From Styela clava (lineage: Eukaryota): 64,000 nt of DNA. The notes beneath the pieces are model-generated. The model saw only the letters and a list, made by a program, of their open reading frames with translations. It made no database searches and was not told where the DNA came from. The DNA lies in the NCBI RefSeq assembly GCF_964204865.1, contig NC_135258.1, forward strand, positions 5,394,001 to 5,458,000, given 5' to 3'. Below, in pieces: positions 10,378 to 22,012 of this stretch. Made by a program: the position numbers and the translations under genes. Position 1 is the first letter of the stretch. Every line of letters starts with the position of its first letter.

Positions 10378-11622
10378 ATGGGAAATGAAGCTTCGCAACC
10401 GACTTCAAGTAAAAAGATTGAAAACGACATAAAAATAAATTGGAAGCAGCTCAGTAAATGCCCTTTTCAACCAAGAGAAGGGCAGTGCTGTGCAAGCATC
10501 AGAAATAAATTATATATTTTTGGTGGAGTTATTTGCGGCGCTGAACAGCAAACTGCGAATAATAAAGAGTCAAATCAACTTATTAGTTTCGACGTAGAAT
10601 CGAATAAATGGGAAGAAGTTGAAGTATCGAATGAAATACCAGAACCACGATCAGGAGCGACGCTATCTGCTGTGGGAGATAAGTTATATTTGTTTGGAGG
10701 TTTGAGTGAGAACCATGGTTGGCTAAATGACATGTATGTCTTTGAAATAACAAGCGGAAAATGGTCGAAAGTTTCTAAATTTGAGGGTGAACCTCCATGT
10801 CCAAGGGATAAATTAACATCTGGTGTGTTTGGGACCGATGTATATTATTTCGGTGGGTTTGGACCGGGTGCTTCTCCCACTGATTTGGAAGATATTCCAG
10901 AAGATGACGGCGATGAGAATTATGAAGATGAAGAAGTACAAGAGTTTGAACAAGAACAGCAAGCCGCCATGTTCACCTGGTTTAACGATGTTTACAGATT
11001 TGATACTTTAACACAGCGTTGGGATTGGTTGCATAGTGGAACTAATAGACTATCTCCAAGCCCAAGAGCTGCACACACAATGTGTACCATGGACCAATCG
11101 TTGATCGTTTTCGGTGGAAGAGACTCTGTCGGACGTAAAAATGATGTTTGGTCGTTTTCAGTTGCTACAAATGAGTGGACCGAGTTGACAACACTAGGTT
11201 ATGCTCCTGAGCCACGTTCGTTTCATGCTGCCGCCGCTATTAGTGGAAGAATTGTCATTCTTGGTGGTCGTGGAATTGACAATACGCATTTCAAAGACTT
11301 TCATGTATATGATCTAGACACAAATCAGTGGTTTCAACCAAATTTTTCTGATGACGCTGCCACGCCTCCAGCTATGGGGTTACATTCACTCTCTGCCGTC
11401 AAAAATCATTTATTGCTTTGTTTCGGAACGTCAGATCTTGACCCGGTATTGAACTCTTGCACTACATTTTATACAGATTGTTATGCAGTGCCTGTTGAGA
11501 ATATTTTGACTGGTGGGGCTTTAAAGAAAGAAGAAACCGAGCAACAACAAGTGAATGAACAACAATCTTCTTTACCTGCATTCCTGAACTTGCAACCAAC
11601 ATCCAATAGTAGTAATAACTAG
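10378..11622 (+). CDS. Kelch-domain beta-propeller protein, KLHDC1/KLHDC2-like, intronless
   Basis: About six kelch repeats (FGG...W), including PRDKL..YFGGFG, an acidic insert, PSPRAAH..FGGR..RKND and PRSFH. This motif order matches KLHDC1/2 as I recall them. Confidence 0.85.
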   Translation: MGNEASQPTSSKKIENDIKINWKQLSKCPFQPREGQCCASIRNKLYIFGGVICGAEQQTANNKESNQLISFDVESNKWEEVEVSNEIPEPRSGATLSAVGDKLYLFGGLSENHGWLNDMYVFEITSGKWSKVSKFEGEPPCPRDKLTSGVFGTDVYYFGGFGPGASPTDLEDIPEDDGDENYEDEEVQEFEQEQQAAMFTWFNDVYRFDTLTQRWDWLHSGTNRLSPSPRAAHTMCTMDQSLIVFGGRDSVGRKNDVWSFSVATNEWTELTTLGYAPEPRSFHAAAAISGRIVILGGRGIDNTHFKDFHVYDLDTNQWFQPNFSDDAATPPAMGLHSLSAVKNHLLLCFGTSDLDPVLNSCTTFYTDCYAVPVENILTGGALKKEETEQQQVNEQQSSLPAFLNLQPTSNSSNN

Positions 11623-12626
11623 GAAAATTTGTAGAAATTAGTTTATTATTATTATGTTCATGCCGTAGATGAAATCATGGTTAACGTCGATGATCTCCAT
11701 AAGCTTCAGTCCATATTTTTGGCATGGCTGTAAGATTAAGATTCTATTCAATTCAAAACTATTTGAAAAACTGGCTCCCACTCCCACCACCAAAATACAG
11801 ACTTCATTATCCTGACATACAGCCAGGGGAAACCCCCCTTTTTGAAATGTAAAAAAAGGCATTTTTACATACATAGCAACTTTTTGTTGCTTAAAACGCT
11901 TTTTAGACCGCCAAGACTTATGAAAACCTATTTCTTTCATCCTCTGGCCAGACCCATGGATCGTATGAACTAACTTGGCAATTAGAAAATTATGGGCTAC
12001 GCTTAGTGTATCAATTCAACTATATCTTACTAATATGTGCAGGTATCCCATGTCAAATTGAGCATAAACAATGTACCTGAATTTTTAATATGCCTTATTT
12101 CCCTTTTTATAAAATTCATCCGCCCACTGCCCTTCATTTATACCTTAAATTGTAAAAATTAAAATTTTTGTAGATTTTTTTAGCCTTTCTTATCATACTG
12201 ATATATATTTAATGTGTATCTTTTTAACTATATCTCACTAATATGTGATGTTATTGTTATCCAATGTCAAAGTAAGCATGAATTTTGTACTTCAATTTAT
12301 AATGCAGTTGTTAGATTCAATTTGAAATAAAATTTGTTCTGTTTTTTATTAGAAAGCGAGCTATCTAAGTCTATTTCAGTTTGTTGTTTAAATAATTTAT
12401 TCCAAATTTGTGACACCAGGTTACGAATTGCTGTGATGATGCCGTAAAGTGGATAAAGCGTTAGAATGGCATTATAAGTTGAACATCTCAGGTTCAAACA
12501 CCTCTCCCAGAGTGCAAGAAATTGGGTAGGCAGTACTGAGCCGGAAAGATTCTGTTTCCTACTTACATATTCCCATTAGTAGAGGTTACGCGAGACAAAC
12601 TCTCAATCCTTTTTTAATGTCTTAGT

Positions 12627-12804
12627 CAGTAGTGGGATTCAGCCGGTTCGCACCGAGTCTATAGAACTGTCTCACAGTATTTTATGAGATCAGGGAACCG
12701 GTTGGCATTATTGAAAAAAACTTGACTTTATGTAACAGAATCGGCTGAAAAATATGGCATTTGTTGATGGAACCGGCTGACAAAATATTTGAACCTCACC
12801 ACTG
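12627..12804. mobile_element. hAT-type MITE
   Basis: CAGTAGTGGGATTCA...TGAACCTCACCACTG with a perfect 8-bp TSD GTCTTAGT. A second copy at 37954-38131 has TSD CACAAAAC/CACATAAC. Confidence 0.85.
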
Positions 12805-12965
12805 GTCTTAGTGCTAGTGGATTTGTATAATGCAAGAATAAAAATACGATTTTCTACAATTCAAGACACACCAAAACCAATATATTTCCCTAACATTTCG
12901 TTTAAAGTTCGTCAGACAAGCAGTTTACAGGACTCTTGAATTGCATAGTATGGTATTTTTATTGT

Positions 12966-13332
12966 GGTGACCGTACATTTGAACCCATGTGTATATCCGC
13001 GGGTTCAATCTATATGCAGGTGCTAAAACCCATGGGTTAGGGTTAGTATGGGTTCAAATGTCCGCAAAACAAAAAAATTTCTATAGGTGCAATAGTATGC
13101 AGGGGTTCCATTACATTTGAACCCATGACAATTGCACCTGTATGCTATTGCATCTATGGAATTTTTTTTGTTTTTCGGATAGTTGAACCCATACTAACCC
13201 TAACCCATGGGTTTTAACACCCGCATATAGATTGAACCCGTGGATATGCACATGGGTTCAAATGTACGTGGGTTCAAATGTACGGTCACCGTATGCAGGT
13301 GCTATTGTCGTGGGTTGAAATGTACGGGAACC
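12966..13332. mobile_element. GG-terminal MITE with a nested inverted copy of itself (13104-13290)
   Basis: Outer 9-bp TSD TTTTATTGT (12957-12965 and 13333-13341). Inner 9-bp TSD GTATGCAGG (13095-13103 and 13291-13299). Confidence 0.85.
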
Positions 13333-13789
13333 TTTTATTGTTATTACATATTGTTAGATACCAGTGGCTGTTTGTACAGGGCCTTGTTCTGAGCAAAAGG
13401 CATGAACTAGTGTTGTTAAAGGAAATTAACATGATTTTCACTTGCCCTGGTATACTTGAATACTTGCTGATGCCAAAGCACGGGCCCAATGGCATGTTCA
13501 CCCCAGAGTTGTGGAGTCAAAAAATATTCACAAATAACCTCTGACTTTGTAATAAAAAATAATTTTACTGTGACGTCTATGATGTAATCCAGCTTCGTAT
13601 AATAGACTGTTTTTAGGAACACTTAGTAAAGTTAAAGCTTTTTAGGTTTCTGAAGATAATTTTAATACTCAGCATAAAATTTAGACTCTCTACTTCGGAG
13701 AAGAGACTCTTTATAGAGTTTTATTCCAGTGATAAATGCATTTCTCAAATTCTTTATAGTCCTCCCAGTTTACCTCCATCATGAAAATT

Positions 13790-14170
13790 ATTACTTATCG
13801 ATCTTAAGATCGGTAAGTATATTGATAGGTATTTGTCTGTATGTATGTCTGTCTGTGTGTCTGTTAGATGAACGCGATATCTCGCGAATGCGAGGTTGAA
13901 TCTGCTCCAAATTTTGCATGTGCATTCATCTTATCTCGGACCAGAAACCTATTGATTTTGGGCGAATTATGTCGTATAATTAGCGAGTTATCAATCAATT
14001 ATTGATATAGTGAGCTAGATTTTTGTAAAGCGAGAGAATTTTGAGACGAGTGTGTGTGTGCGATGCGCAGTGCGCAAGTTACAAGAGCGGATGAATCGAA
14101 ACTGCAGTTTCTGTTTTGGGGATCCCCTATCGATCGATAAGTCTTCGGTTTCCAACCGATATTCTCGTTT
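13790..14170 (+). mobile_element. Non-autonomous Helentron/HINE (DINE-1-like) element
   Basis: Sub-terminal inverted repeats ACTTATCGATC / GATCGATAAGT, a 5' hairpin, a (GTCT/GTAT)n microsatellite near the 5' end, a 3' stem-loop TCGGTT-TCC-AACCGA, T-rich ends and no TSD. Partial copy at about 40347-40480. Confidence 0.6.
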
Positions 14171-14441
14171 ATATCTTGAAAGCGAGCGGATTACTTGACT
14201 ACTGTGTGTCACAGGTTGATTCATATAACTATATATAACTGTTTGTGAATTTTATTTTTGACGGATCCTTATTCTATGCCGTATCAATTTCAATGCCTAA
14301 CCAATGATAAAGGATAATGTTTTCTTTGACGAATTAAAACTCATGGAAGTCTGATTCAATACATACCGTACTATTTGAACACATTGACCTAATTTAATTG
14401 TGTATATAACTACAGTGTCACACAGTCTACTAAATTTTGTT

Positions 14442-14970
14442 CCATGGCCCTTCTTTGCAACAACGGTAACAGGCTCAAATGACCTTAGCAAAGTCGTACA
14501 AGTTATCAACTGGTGATAACTCAGTAACCCATACGATCAATTATTACCGACGATGTAGCTCTGTGACGAAGGTCTACCTCACAGACGCTAAAAACAAGAA
14601 TCCTTCTACAACATCTTTTTCACCCCCATTGTTGAAGTTTCGTAACACTTGCGATTGCGTGAACTTAAGATTTTATCTCGTTCAAGAATGTCTATGTGGC
14701 GACATATTTAACTAAATTCCGTTTCATGCCCCTTCCTTGCAGCAACGGTAACAGGCTCAAATGACCTTAGCAAAGTCGTACAAGTTATCGACTGTTGATA
14801 ACTCAGTAACCCATACGATCAATTATACCGACGATGTAGCCCTTTGACTCTGACGCTAAAAGCAAGAATCGTTCTACAACATCTTTATCACTCCCATTGT
14901 TAAAGTTTCGTAACAATACCGATTTGCGATTGCTTGAATTTTTGACTTTATCTCGTTTGAGAATGTCTAT
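14442..14970. repeat. Two-copy direct tandem duplication, period about 283 bp
   Basis: CAACGGTAACAGGCTCAAATGACCTTAGCAAAGTCGTACAAGTTATC and the sequence after it occur at about 14461 and 14743. Confidence 0.85.
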
Positions 14971-15559
14971 TTGACAGTGTTTGTATACGGTAAAATGTAT
15001 ATGTTTCAAACTCTTTTTATATCGTTGCGGACCCCCTGTGCAGTCATTACAGACCCCAGTTTGGCAAACCCTGTTGTAACTGACCGATTACAGTTTCTTC
15101 CAATTCCACATATTTGGTTTATCTTCCTCATGAAAATTATCTATGTTGACGTATTGTAGATCTGGGTAACTTTGGATGGTTTCACTATTTCACTATATTT
15201 TCAATAATATGTTTTCCATTTGTTGTCCACTTTACGTCAAATTTGGGATATATTACATTATTGTTATTTTTCTTGCCTTATTTTCTGTTATCTGTCACCA
15301 CGCCACTAAATGTCTAACTTCGGATGGAGAATCCCCGCTCTTTGTCACCGCAACTTAGAGCGGAGAAGGAATTTAGTTGGGATATAAACAATTGGAAAAA
15401 TAATCCGAAGTTACAGGTTTTACTGTATCTTGGCGTCACAGTGTGGTTTATGTAACTTTTCATGGTTTATTTAAACTTCACATCCCTGGTTTATCTTTTT
15501 AAATATTCACATTCTTATATTGAAGTATGTCATGCCAAGTTGTCTGAGTTATTCTAGTT

Positions 15560-15825
15560 CAGTGGTTCTCACCCTGTGGCCCATAGAGAGGGCCACAATG
15601 CTAGACGCAAACTGATTTTTCGTTCCCCTTCACAAGAGCATTCCCCGTTCTTCCTAGTTTCATTGCTTGATAAAGTTATTTCACAGGGTGTTTTCACTTT
15701 GTTCAGCATGAATTGTTTGAACATAATGAAATTTGGAATTTACCACCGAAAGGATAAAAGGGGGCCATGAGTGCTAAAAGCCTCTAGAAAAGGGGCCATG
15801 AGCCTTAAAAGGTTGAGAAGTACTG
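15560..15825. mobile_element. hAT (Charlie-like) MITE upstream of each ZF gene
   Basis: CAGTGGTTCTCA...TTGAGAAGTACTG termini. Duplicated copies precede ZF2-ZF5 (e.g. 26074-26312). Family members also at 37625-37926, 50816-51048 and about 54162-54410. Confidence 0.7.
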
Positions 15826-15931
15826 TTCTATCCGATCCTATTTCTTACTTTGTATATTCGCCGGCGTTTCAGACTGATTGAACAAAGAATGCCAACTTAT
15901 TATCATTGTTTTCTTTTTATACTTTTAGAAT

Positions 15932-18007
15932 ATGGAAACTGTGCCTAAAGATTTCACTTATGTTGAAATCTGTATAGATGAAGACATAATATATGAAGCA
16001 AGTCATTTATCTGGGGGTTTTTCTTTATCGACCAATGACTGTAGAACATCTGATAGAGACAAAATTACAAATATTTCTGGCAACACTACAATCAAAGATA
16101 ATGGCAATGCTGATATCAATGATAAATATATGCTATGTGAAGACACGGGAGAATTTACGAGCCATAACCAAGATACTGTTAGAGCTAATATAAACAGTAC
16201 TGTTGTCTATGAAAAAGACAATCATGAATTTGATTCTGTCATGGCGGTACAGGAGCAGAATGAATCTAATGCTGATCTTCTAACTGGTTCCAATTTAGGG
16301 TTCTTATCAAATGGTGAGTTATCTGACTATCTTCAAGAGGATTTGCCTAACTGTACAGATAACGCCTATCAAATTGAAAAGGGCCTAATTACTGATGAAG
16401 GGCTAACTAATACCACTTGTCTAGGTGATAAGAATGAACCGAAATTGCTCACCAGTATTGATAAGGCTTATCTAACTGATAACAGGCAGAAATCGTCTGA
16501 TTGTAATGAAGGCACCCATCTGAGTGATAAGGAGTTAACTACTGATAACACTTCTTTAAATGCTACTTCTTTAAGTGATGAATATCTCATTATTAATAAG
16601 GATTTCATTACTGATGAAAATTGTTTTGAGATAGCTCGCAGTCTTTTGAATGATATTATTGATTATATCATCAAAAAAGATATTTCTAATAAAACTGAAA
16701 TTTGTAACATATGTGAGAGGATGTTCGACTCGTCAGATAAATTGGAAAGGCATTTAAAGTTCCACAAAAAAGGTCGAAAAGTACTATATTGCCATGTGTG
16801 TGGCAAGGATTTTGATCAAAAATCGCATCTGGAGTATCATATTATGGTGTTTCACACCGGTGTAAAGCCTTATACATGTGAAATATGCGGGAAGACTTTC
16901 ACTCATAAATCGTCATTAAACATGCACATAAAATCTCACACATCTCAACCAAATGTTCCTTGTGAAATATGCGGAAAAAAGTTTTGGACAAAACACATCT
17001 TAAATACGCATAAGAAGAAACGACATATGGGGAAGCCTTTTGTTTGTACCATTTGTGGAAGCTCTTTTAGTCAAAAAAAAAGTTTGGTAAGACATGTGAA
17101 CCAGCATCCGCCACATATATGTGAAATATGTGGCAAGAAGTTCGACAATTATAAAAGTCTTCGCTGGCATTTTCCTTCTCATAAACCGAGCTGCCCTGAG
17201 CATGTCTTTGGGGACGATGCGAACACTTTTTTATGCAAAGTTTGTAAAAGAACATTTCGTCGACGACAAGACCTGACTTTCCATTCGCAAGCTCATGCTC
17301 CAAGAGTTCATAAATGTCAAGTTTGCGGGGCTGGTTATGTTCGCGATAGCTTTTTAAAGAAGCATATGATTGCACACTCGAACAGACCATATAAATGTAA
17401 ATTATGTGGGAAAAGTTTTCATTATGAATGGTCGTTAGAAAATCATCAAAAATATCATACAGGATTTAAGCGCTTGGGTTGCCACATTTGCGGAAGAAGA
17501 TATTATTTTAAACACCGCTTGGCTATACATCTAAACCATCATAAAAATGTGATAACTGAAAATGCTGTACCTAGTAATGATTCTGAATTCACTCAGCAAA
17601 CTTCTTCTACATTACAATGTGGAAGAAAGAAGATAGATGAAGCATCTGGAATTGGTAGCACAGCACCAAGTAATGGAGGTAATTGTATTTCCGTAGGACA
17701 AAAAGGGAACTCACAAACATCAACATTCACAATAGGGGAAGCTGAGGAATTCAATCTTGGCTCTGTGAAATTAATCGGGCATAAAATAGTATTCTCTCCT
17801 GAAGTGAATTCATTGTCTCTCCCTTCTGAACAAACTCAAGCAATTGCAATTTTAGATGCTAAATCGATACTCACATTTGCGATGCATAATTTCTCGAAAA
17901 AAACTAACGAATCAGTTAAGGTGCCAAAGATGACTAACATAATGACAATCAGAGAGGGGGAATCTGATCCATATAAGATCAGGACTATAGGTGATGAGCA
18001 CTCATAA
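15932..18007 (+). CDS. C2H2 zinc-finger protein (10 fingers), tandem copy 1, most divergent
   Basis: Ten CxxC...HxxxH fingers with TGVKPY-type linkers, an acidic N-terminal region and a conserved C-terminal region of about 105 aa. Intronless, with acceptor TTTTAG|AAT-ATG. Confidence 0.93.
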   Translation: METVPKDFTYVEICIDEDIIYEASHLSGGFSLSTNDCRTSDRDKITNISGNTTIKDNGNADINDKYMLCEDTGEFTSHNQDTVRANINSTVVYEKDNHEFDSVMAVQEQNESNADLLTGSNLGFLSNGELSDYLQEDLPNCTDNAYQIEKGLITDEGLTNTTCLGDKNEPKLLTSIDKAYLTDNRQKSSDCNEGTHLSDKELTTDNTSLNATSLSDEYLIINKDFITDENCFEIARSLLNDIIDYIIKKDISNKTEICNICERMFDSSDKLERHLKFHKKGRKVLYCHVCGKDFDQKSHLEYHIMVFHTGVKPYTCEICGKTFTHKSSLNMHIKSHTSQPNVPCEICGKKFWTKHILNTHKKKRHMGKPFVCTICGSSFSQKKSLVRHVNQHPPHICEICGKKFDNYKSLRWHFPSHKPSCPEHVFGDDANTFLCKVCKRTFRRRQDLTFHSQAHAPRVHKCQVCGAGYVRDSFLKKHMIAHSNRPYKCKLCGKSFHYEWSLENHQKYHTGFKRLGCHICGRRYYFKHRLAIHLNHHKNVITENAVPSNDSEFTQQTSSTLQCGRKKIDEASGIGSTAPSNGGNCISVGQKGNSQTSTFTIGEAEEFNLGSVKLIGHKIVFSPEVNSLSLPSEQTQAIAILDAKSILTFAMHNFSKKTNESVKVPKMTNIMTIREGESDPYKIRTIGDEHS

Positions 18008-18132
18008 TAAGGGGGAGTTGATCGCCGCACCATGCTAAGCTTTAGGAATACTCTTGACAAGGTACCTCTGATTACTCTATGCTGGTTAGAGTCTCATGGG
18101 GCGTAACTATTTCCATACCCCACATGGACAGG

Positions 18133-19611
18133 TATGGTGGCCCATCGTTGTCACTCGTAAAATTGAAAAATAAAAATAAATTAAAAAAATAGTTGTGAAA
18201 AAACATTAAAATAAAATGAGAAAAAAATAAAATGCAAAAAAAAAAGTTAAAAATAAAGCGAAAATAAAATAAAAACGAAATAAAAAAAAGCAAATAAATA
18301 AACGTGAATAAAAAGGTTGACAACGATTTCATTTTGAGAAAATTTGCTACTGCTTGGGACCAACGTTGTCATGCATAATCCTACGCGCACAAACTGGGTT
18401 TCTAACTCACTGATTTTCTTGAGCAATATCCAATAAATTCAAAACGAAAATGTTCTCTAAATTCTCCATGCTACAAGTTTGACTAGAAGTAATATATTTA
18501 TTATGTTGATAAGAGAATATAGAATTGAGTACGAAAATTCGGGAAATTTGTTTTTACGTGTAGAAGGTAATTAAAGTGCTGCTCAACTGCTCAGTTGTCT
18601 AGCTAGACACTCTTGCGATACCGGTACCATCTGACCGCAATTGTACCTATGCAAGACCTCTTTTCAGCCATTGTAATAAGTACCTGTATAGTAATCGTAA
18701 TTTGTAATAACTGCAAAACTAAAATGTGAATAATTCACAAAGCACAGACTTGAATTATTAGAAAAAAGACTGTGTGCATAAAGTAGCCTAGTTAGACTCG
18801 TCCGTCGGCTCTAGCCACTACTGTTCGATCGTACAACCACGAGGCGATTAGGGTTAGACCTGATTTCAATGGAACGTGCATTTCGGCATGTGCATACGGT
18901 ATGGCATACCGTACAGCCGTAACGTACCGATCCAGACGAATGATAAATCACGCGGGCTCAACCATTTATTTCAATCCTACCGCGATTCACCATATTATTC
19001 TACTAGACTATCCGTATTTCCCACTCGTGTCATGCGTGACTATATGCTGGGTACCGGTACGATCAGACAGTATCGGTATCGCACGAGTGTCCGGACAACT
19101 GAGCATTTAAGCAGCATTCTCCAATTCAATTACCTTCCACACGTAAAAACAAATTTCTCGAATTTTCGTATTCAATTCTATATTCTCTTATCGATATTTT
19201 AATTATATATATTACTTCTAGTTGAACTTGTATCATGGAGAATTTATAGAACATTTGCATATTAAATTTATTGAATATTGCTCAAGAAAATTAGTAATGA
19301 GTTAGAAACCCAGGGAACACCGTTTGTGCGCGTAGGATTATGCATGACAACGTTGGTCCCAAGCCGAAGCAAATTTTCTCAAAATAAAAACACGTGACAA
19401 CGATGGGCCACGAGGCGGCCCATCGTTGTCAACCGTTTATATTTTCTTTTTATTCACTTTTTTTTTTTTTTTTCACCTTTTTTTATTCCGTTTTTATTTT
19501 ATTTTTGTTTTTATTTTTAATTTTTTTTTTTACATTTTATTTATGTTTTTTCAGAACTATTTTTTTTATTTTAATTTTCAATTTTACGCGTGACAACGAT
19601 GGGCCACCATA
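18133..19611. mobile_element. Foldback-type non-autonomous DNA element with long TIRs of about 500 bp
   Basis: Termini TATGGTGGCCCATCGTTGTCAC / GTGACAACGATGGGCCACCATA. The arms (about 18133-18650 and 19050-19611) are inverted copies. Flanked by GACAGG/GACGGG; the paralogous site after ZF2 is empty. Confidence 0.85.
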
Positions 19612-21116
19612 GACGGGTAACCGAACAAGCTAGGCTTTAGTTATTCCCATATCGGGTATGGGCTGGTAACCAGTTGAGGTTTACCATATGATTAAGCCGT
19701 CTTACCGACTTTCCTATTCTCTCCCTATTTTTGATGACGTCCAGAGATTAATAAAGTTGCATGCATTCAGGCAACCACAGAAATGCAGAGAGCTATTGAA
19801 TCTGCTAATTTGAATATGGATGGGAGACTTCAGCATTTCAAGTCATTACTATAAAACGAACATCCAAAAGGTAGAATTTCTACATAACTGGCATTCTTTG
19901 AATAAACTATTGGAATTAAAATTTCTTTGTTTAATGAAGGGCATGCTCACAGTAAACGAATGAGAGTTTGTGTCTGAAAACTTTTCTTAATACCATTTTT
20001 TTTAAATATGAATTTCATATATTATACGGTAATCAAATTCCTTTTTGTAGAATTTGCTGTTTTTTCTTTCGAAGTATGATCATTATCAATCTGGCTGTGT
20101 CTCCAATATTATTCACTTGCTGATAAAACATTTTGTTTGACTATTTGTATTGAAATTGGTCACAAGAAGGGTTTCGTATAAAGGAGGACTGAGATTACTG
20201 GTAGCCAATAACACAACGCAAATTTATTTTCATTGGATATCTGAGGTCAGTCAGTCAATACACATATTACATATAAAAGTAATGATTTTTGTGCGAAATT
20301 CGCCACATTTTAGAAAGTTACACACTCTCCCATTCCCACCACCTAACGCCATTGATTGTCTACAAAGTTGTCATGTTCAAACTCAACTCTCGTGAATTTT
20401 CTTTTGTGTGTTGTCATAATTTTTCTATCTTATGGTTATTAGTTTTTTTTTTTTAAATCACCCTATTAGGCTGATTTTTTAGTTCAGAAATAAATTTATT
20501 GTCCAAGAGAGTGTGCCGGTTTTATGTGAATCACACTACAACGGCGAGGAGTCCAGAAATCTTCTTGCACATGACTATTTCTACATGGGAATCGAACCTG
20601 CGAACCAACGCAGGGTATAGCATCATGTGCGGTATCGCCGAGCATTAACATGATTTTCACTTGCCTTGGTATACTTTATTATTTGCTGATGCTGAAGAAG
20701 GGAGCAATGGAATGTTCACCTCAGGTTTGTGGATTTAAAAAAAATTCACAAATACCTCCAGACTTTGTAATAAGAAAAATATGACTGCGACCTCTTGGTT
20801 TTTGGAAAATGTTTTTTTTTTCTATAGGGTGTCCATAAACATAGTCTTAATTTTTTTCAGATTGCGAAGGGAATTTATCGATACAATGTTTTGTTTTGGC
20901 CCTTAAATGAAGTAAAAATACTTAACTATTACTGATTAAAAAAACAACAAACTTGGTCAAGATTTATTAGAACTGACTTCATAGTGAAATTGTAAATAGA
21001 CTTTATGGACACCCTGTATATCTGGATACCATGAGGCAATAGAATTACCAGACTTCTCTGCGCCACACAGTGGTTCATGTAACTGACCGATTACGACTTC
21101 TTTCAATTCCATATCT

Positions 21117-21440
21117 GACACGGCGGTGTGGCTTATCGTGCTAAGCGTTAGGCATATGCTGCCACCGCACCTCTGATTACCCTGCGTGGGTTTGAATCTC
21201 ATGCAGGGATGGTTACGTGCGAGAGGATTGCTGGACTCCTCACCGCCGATTGCGCGGTTAATGTAAACGCTGGCCGGTTACGGCTTCTTCCACCATCAAG
21301 TCCATGCTTCCAAAAACAAATACCTAACTAATCCCATACCTGAGTTGGAATGGAAACTGGACGAGAGGCCATGGTTCGCCATATGGTTAAGCCGTCTTAT
21401 CGGCTTTCCTCTTCCCCAGGACACATATGTAAATCCTATT
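21117..21440 (+). mobile_element. tRNA-derived SINE, copy amplified with the ZF unit
   Basis: Same family as 56777-57115. Duplicated at about 25370-25691, 29843-30140 and 34286-34609. Confidence 0.8.
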
Positions 21441-22012
21441 CGTGGTTTACCTCCCTCATGAAAATTATCAATGTTGAATCTGAATACCCTGTAGGAGAGG
21501 ATTGCTGGGATCCTTAGTGTCACATTGTGGTTTATGTAACGTCTTATGGCTTCTTCAAAATTCATATTCACATTTGCTGCTTAATCTCAGTTGCAAAGTG
21601 TCTCAGACTAGATGACTCTGTGAGTCTTTTCGCGTCAACTGCAACAAGCCGATATCTGTTTGTCATTTATTTACAATATATTATTTATTCATTCTTCATA
21701 TCGCGCATTCTTTTTGCATGGCGAAAATATATATCTGAAGTATATCATGCCAGATTTTCTGAGTTATTCTAGCTCAGTGGTTCTCAACCAGGGAATTGTA
21801 GTCCATCAAGAGGCCCACAAGGCCCATTCTCTCTACAAGATAACTCTCCTTCCTACTGAGTTTCATTGCTTAATATGGTTATTTCGTGGGGCGTTTTCAC
21901 TGTTTGAGCATAATGAAATTGATAAACAGGGGGGCCATGAGGCCAAAAGCCATAAAATGTTGAGAACCCACTGCCAACTTATTATCCTTGTTTTTTTTTA
22001 TAACTTCAGAAT

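Noticed and set aside
18072-19612. Phe-rich ORFs 18072-18332 and 19394-19612 as membrane proteins
   Set aside because: They are translations of the A/T tracts in the two arms of the foldback element.
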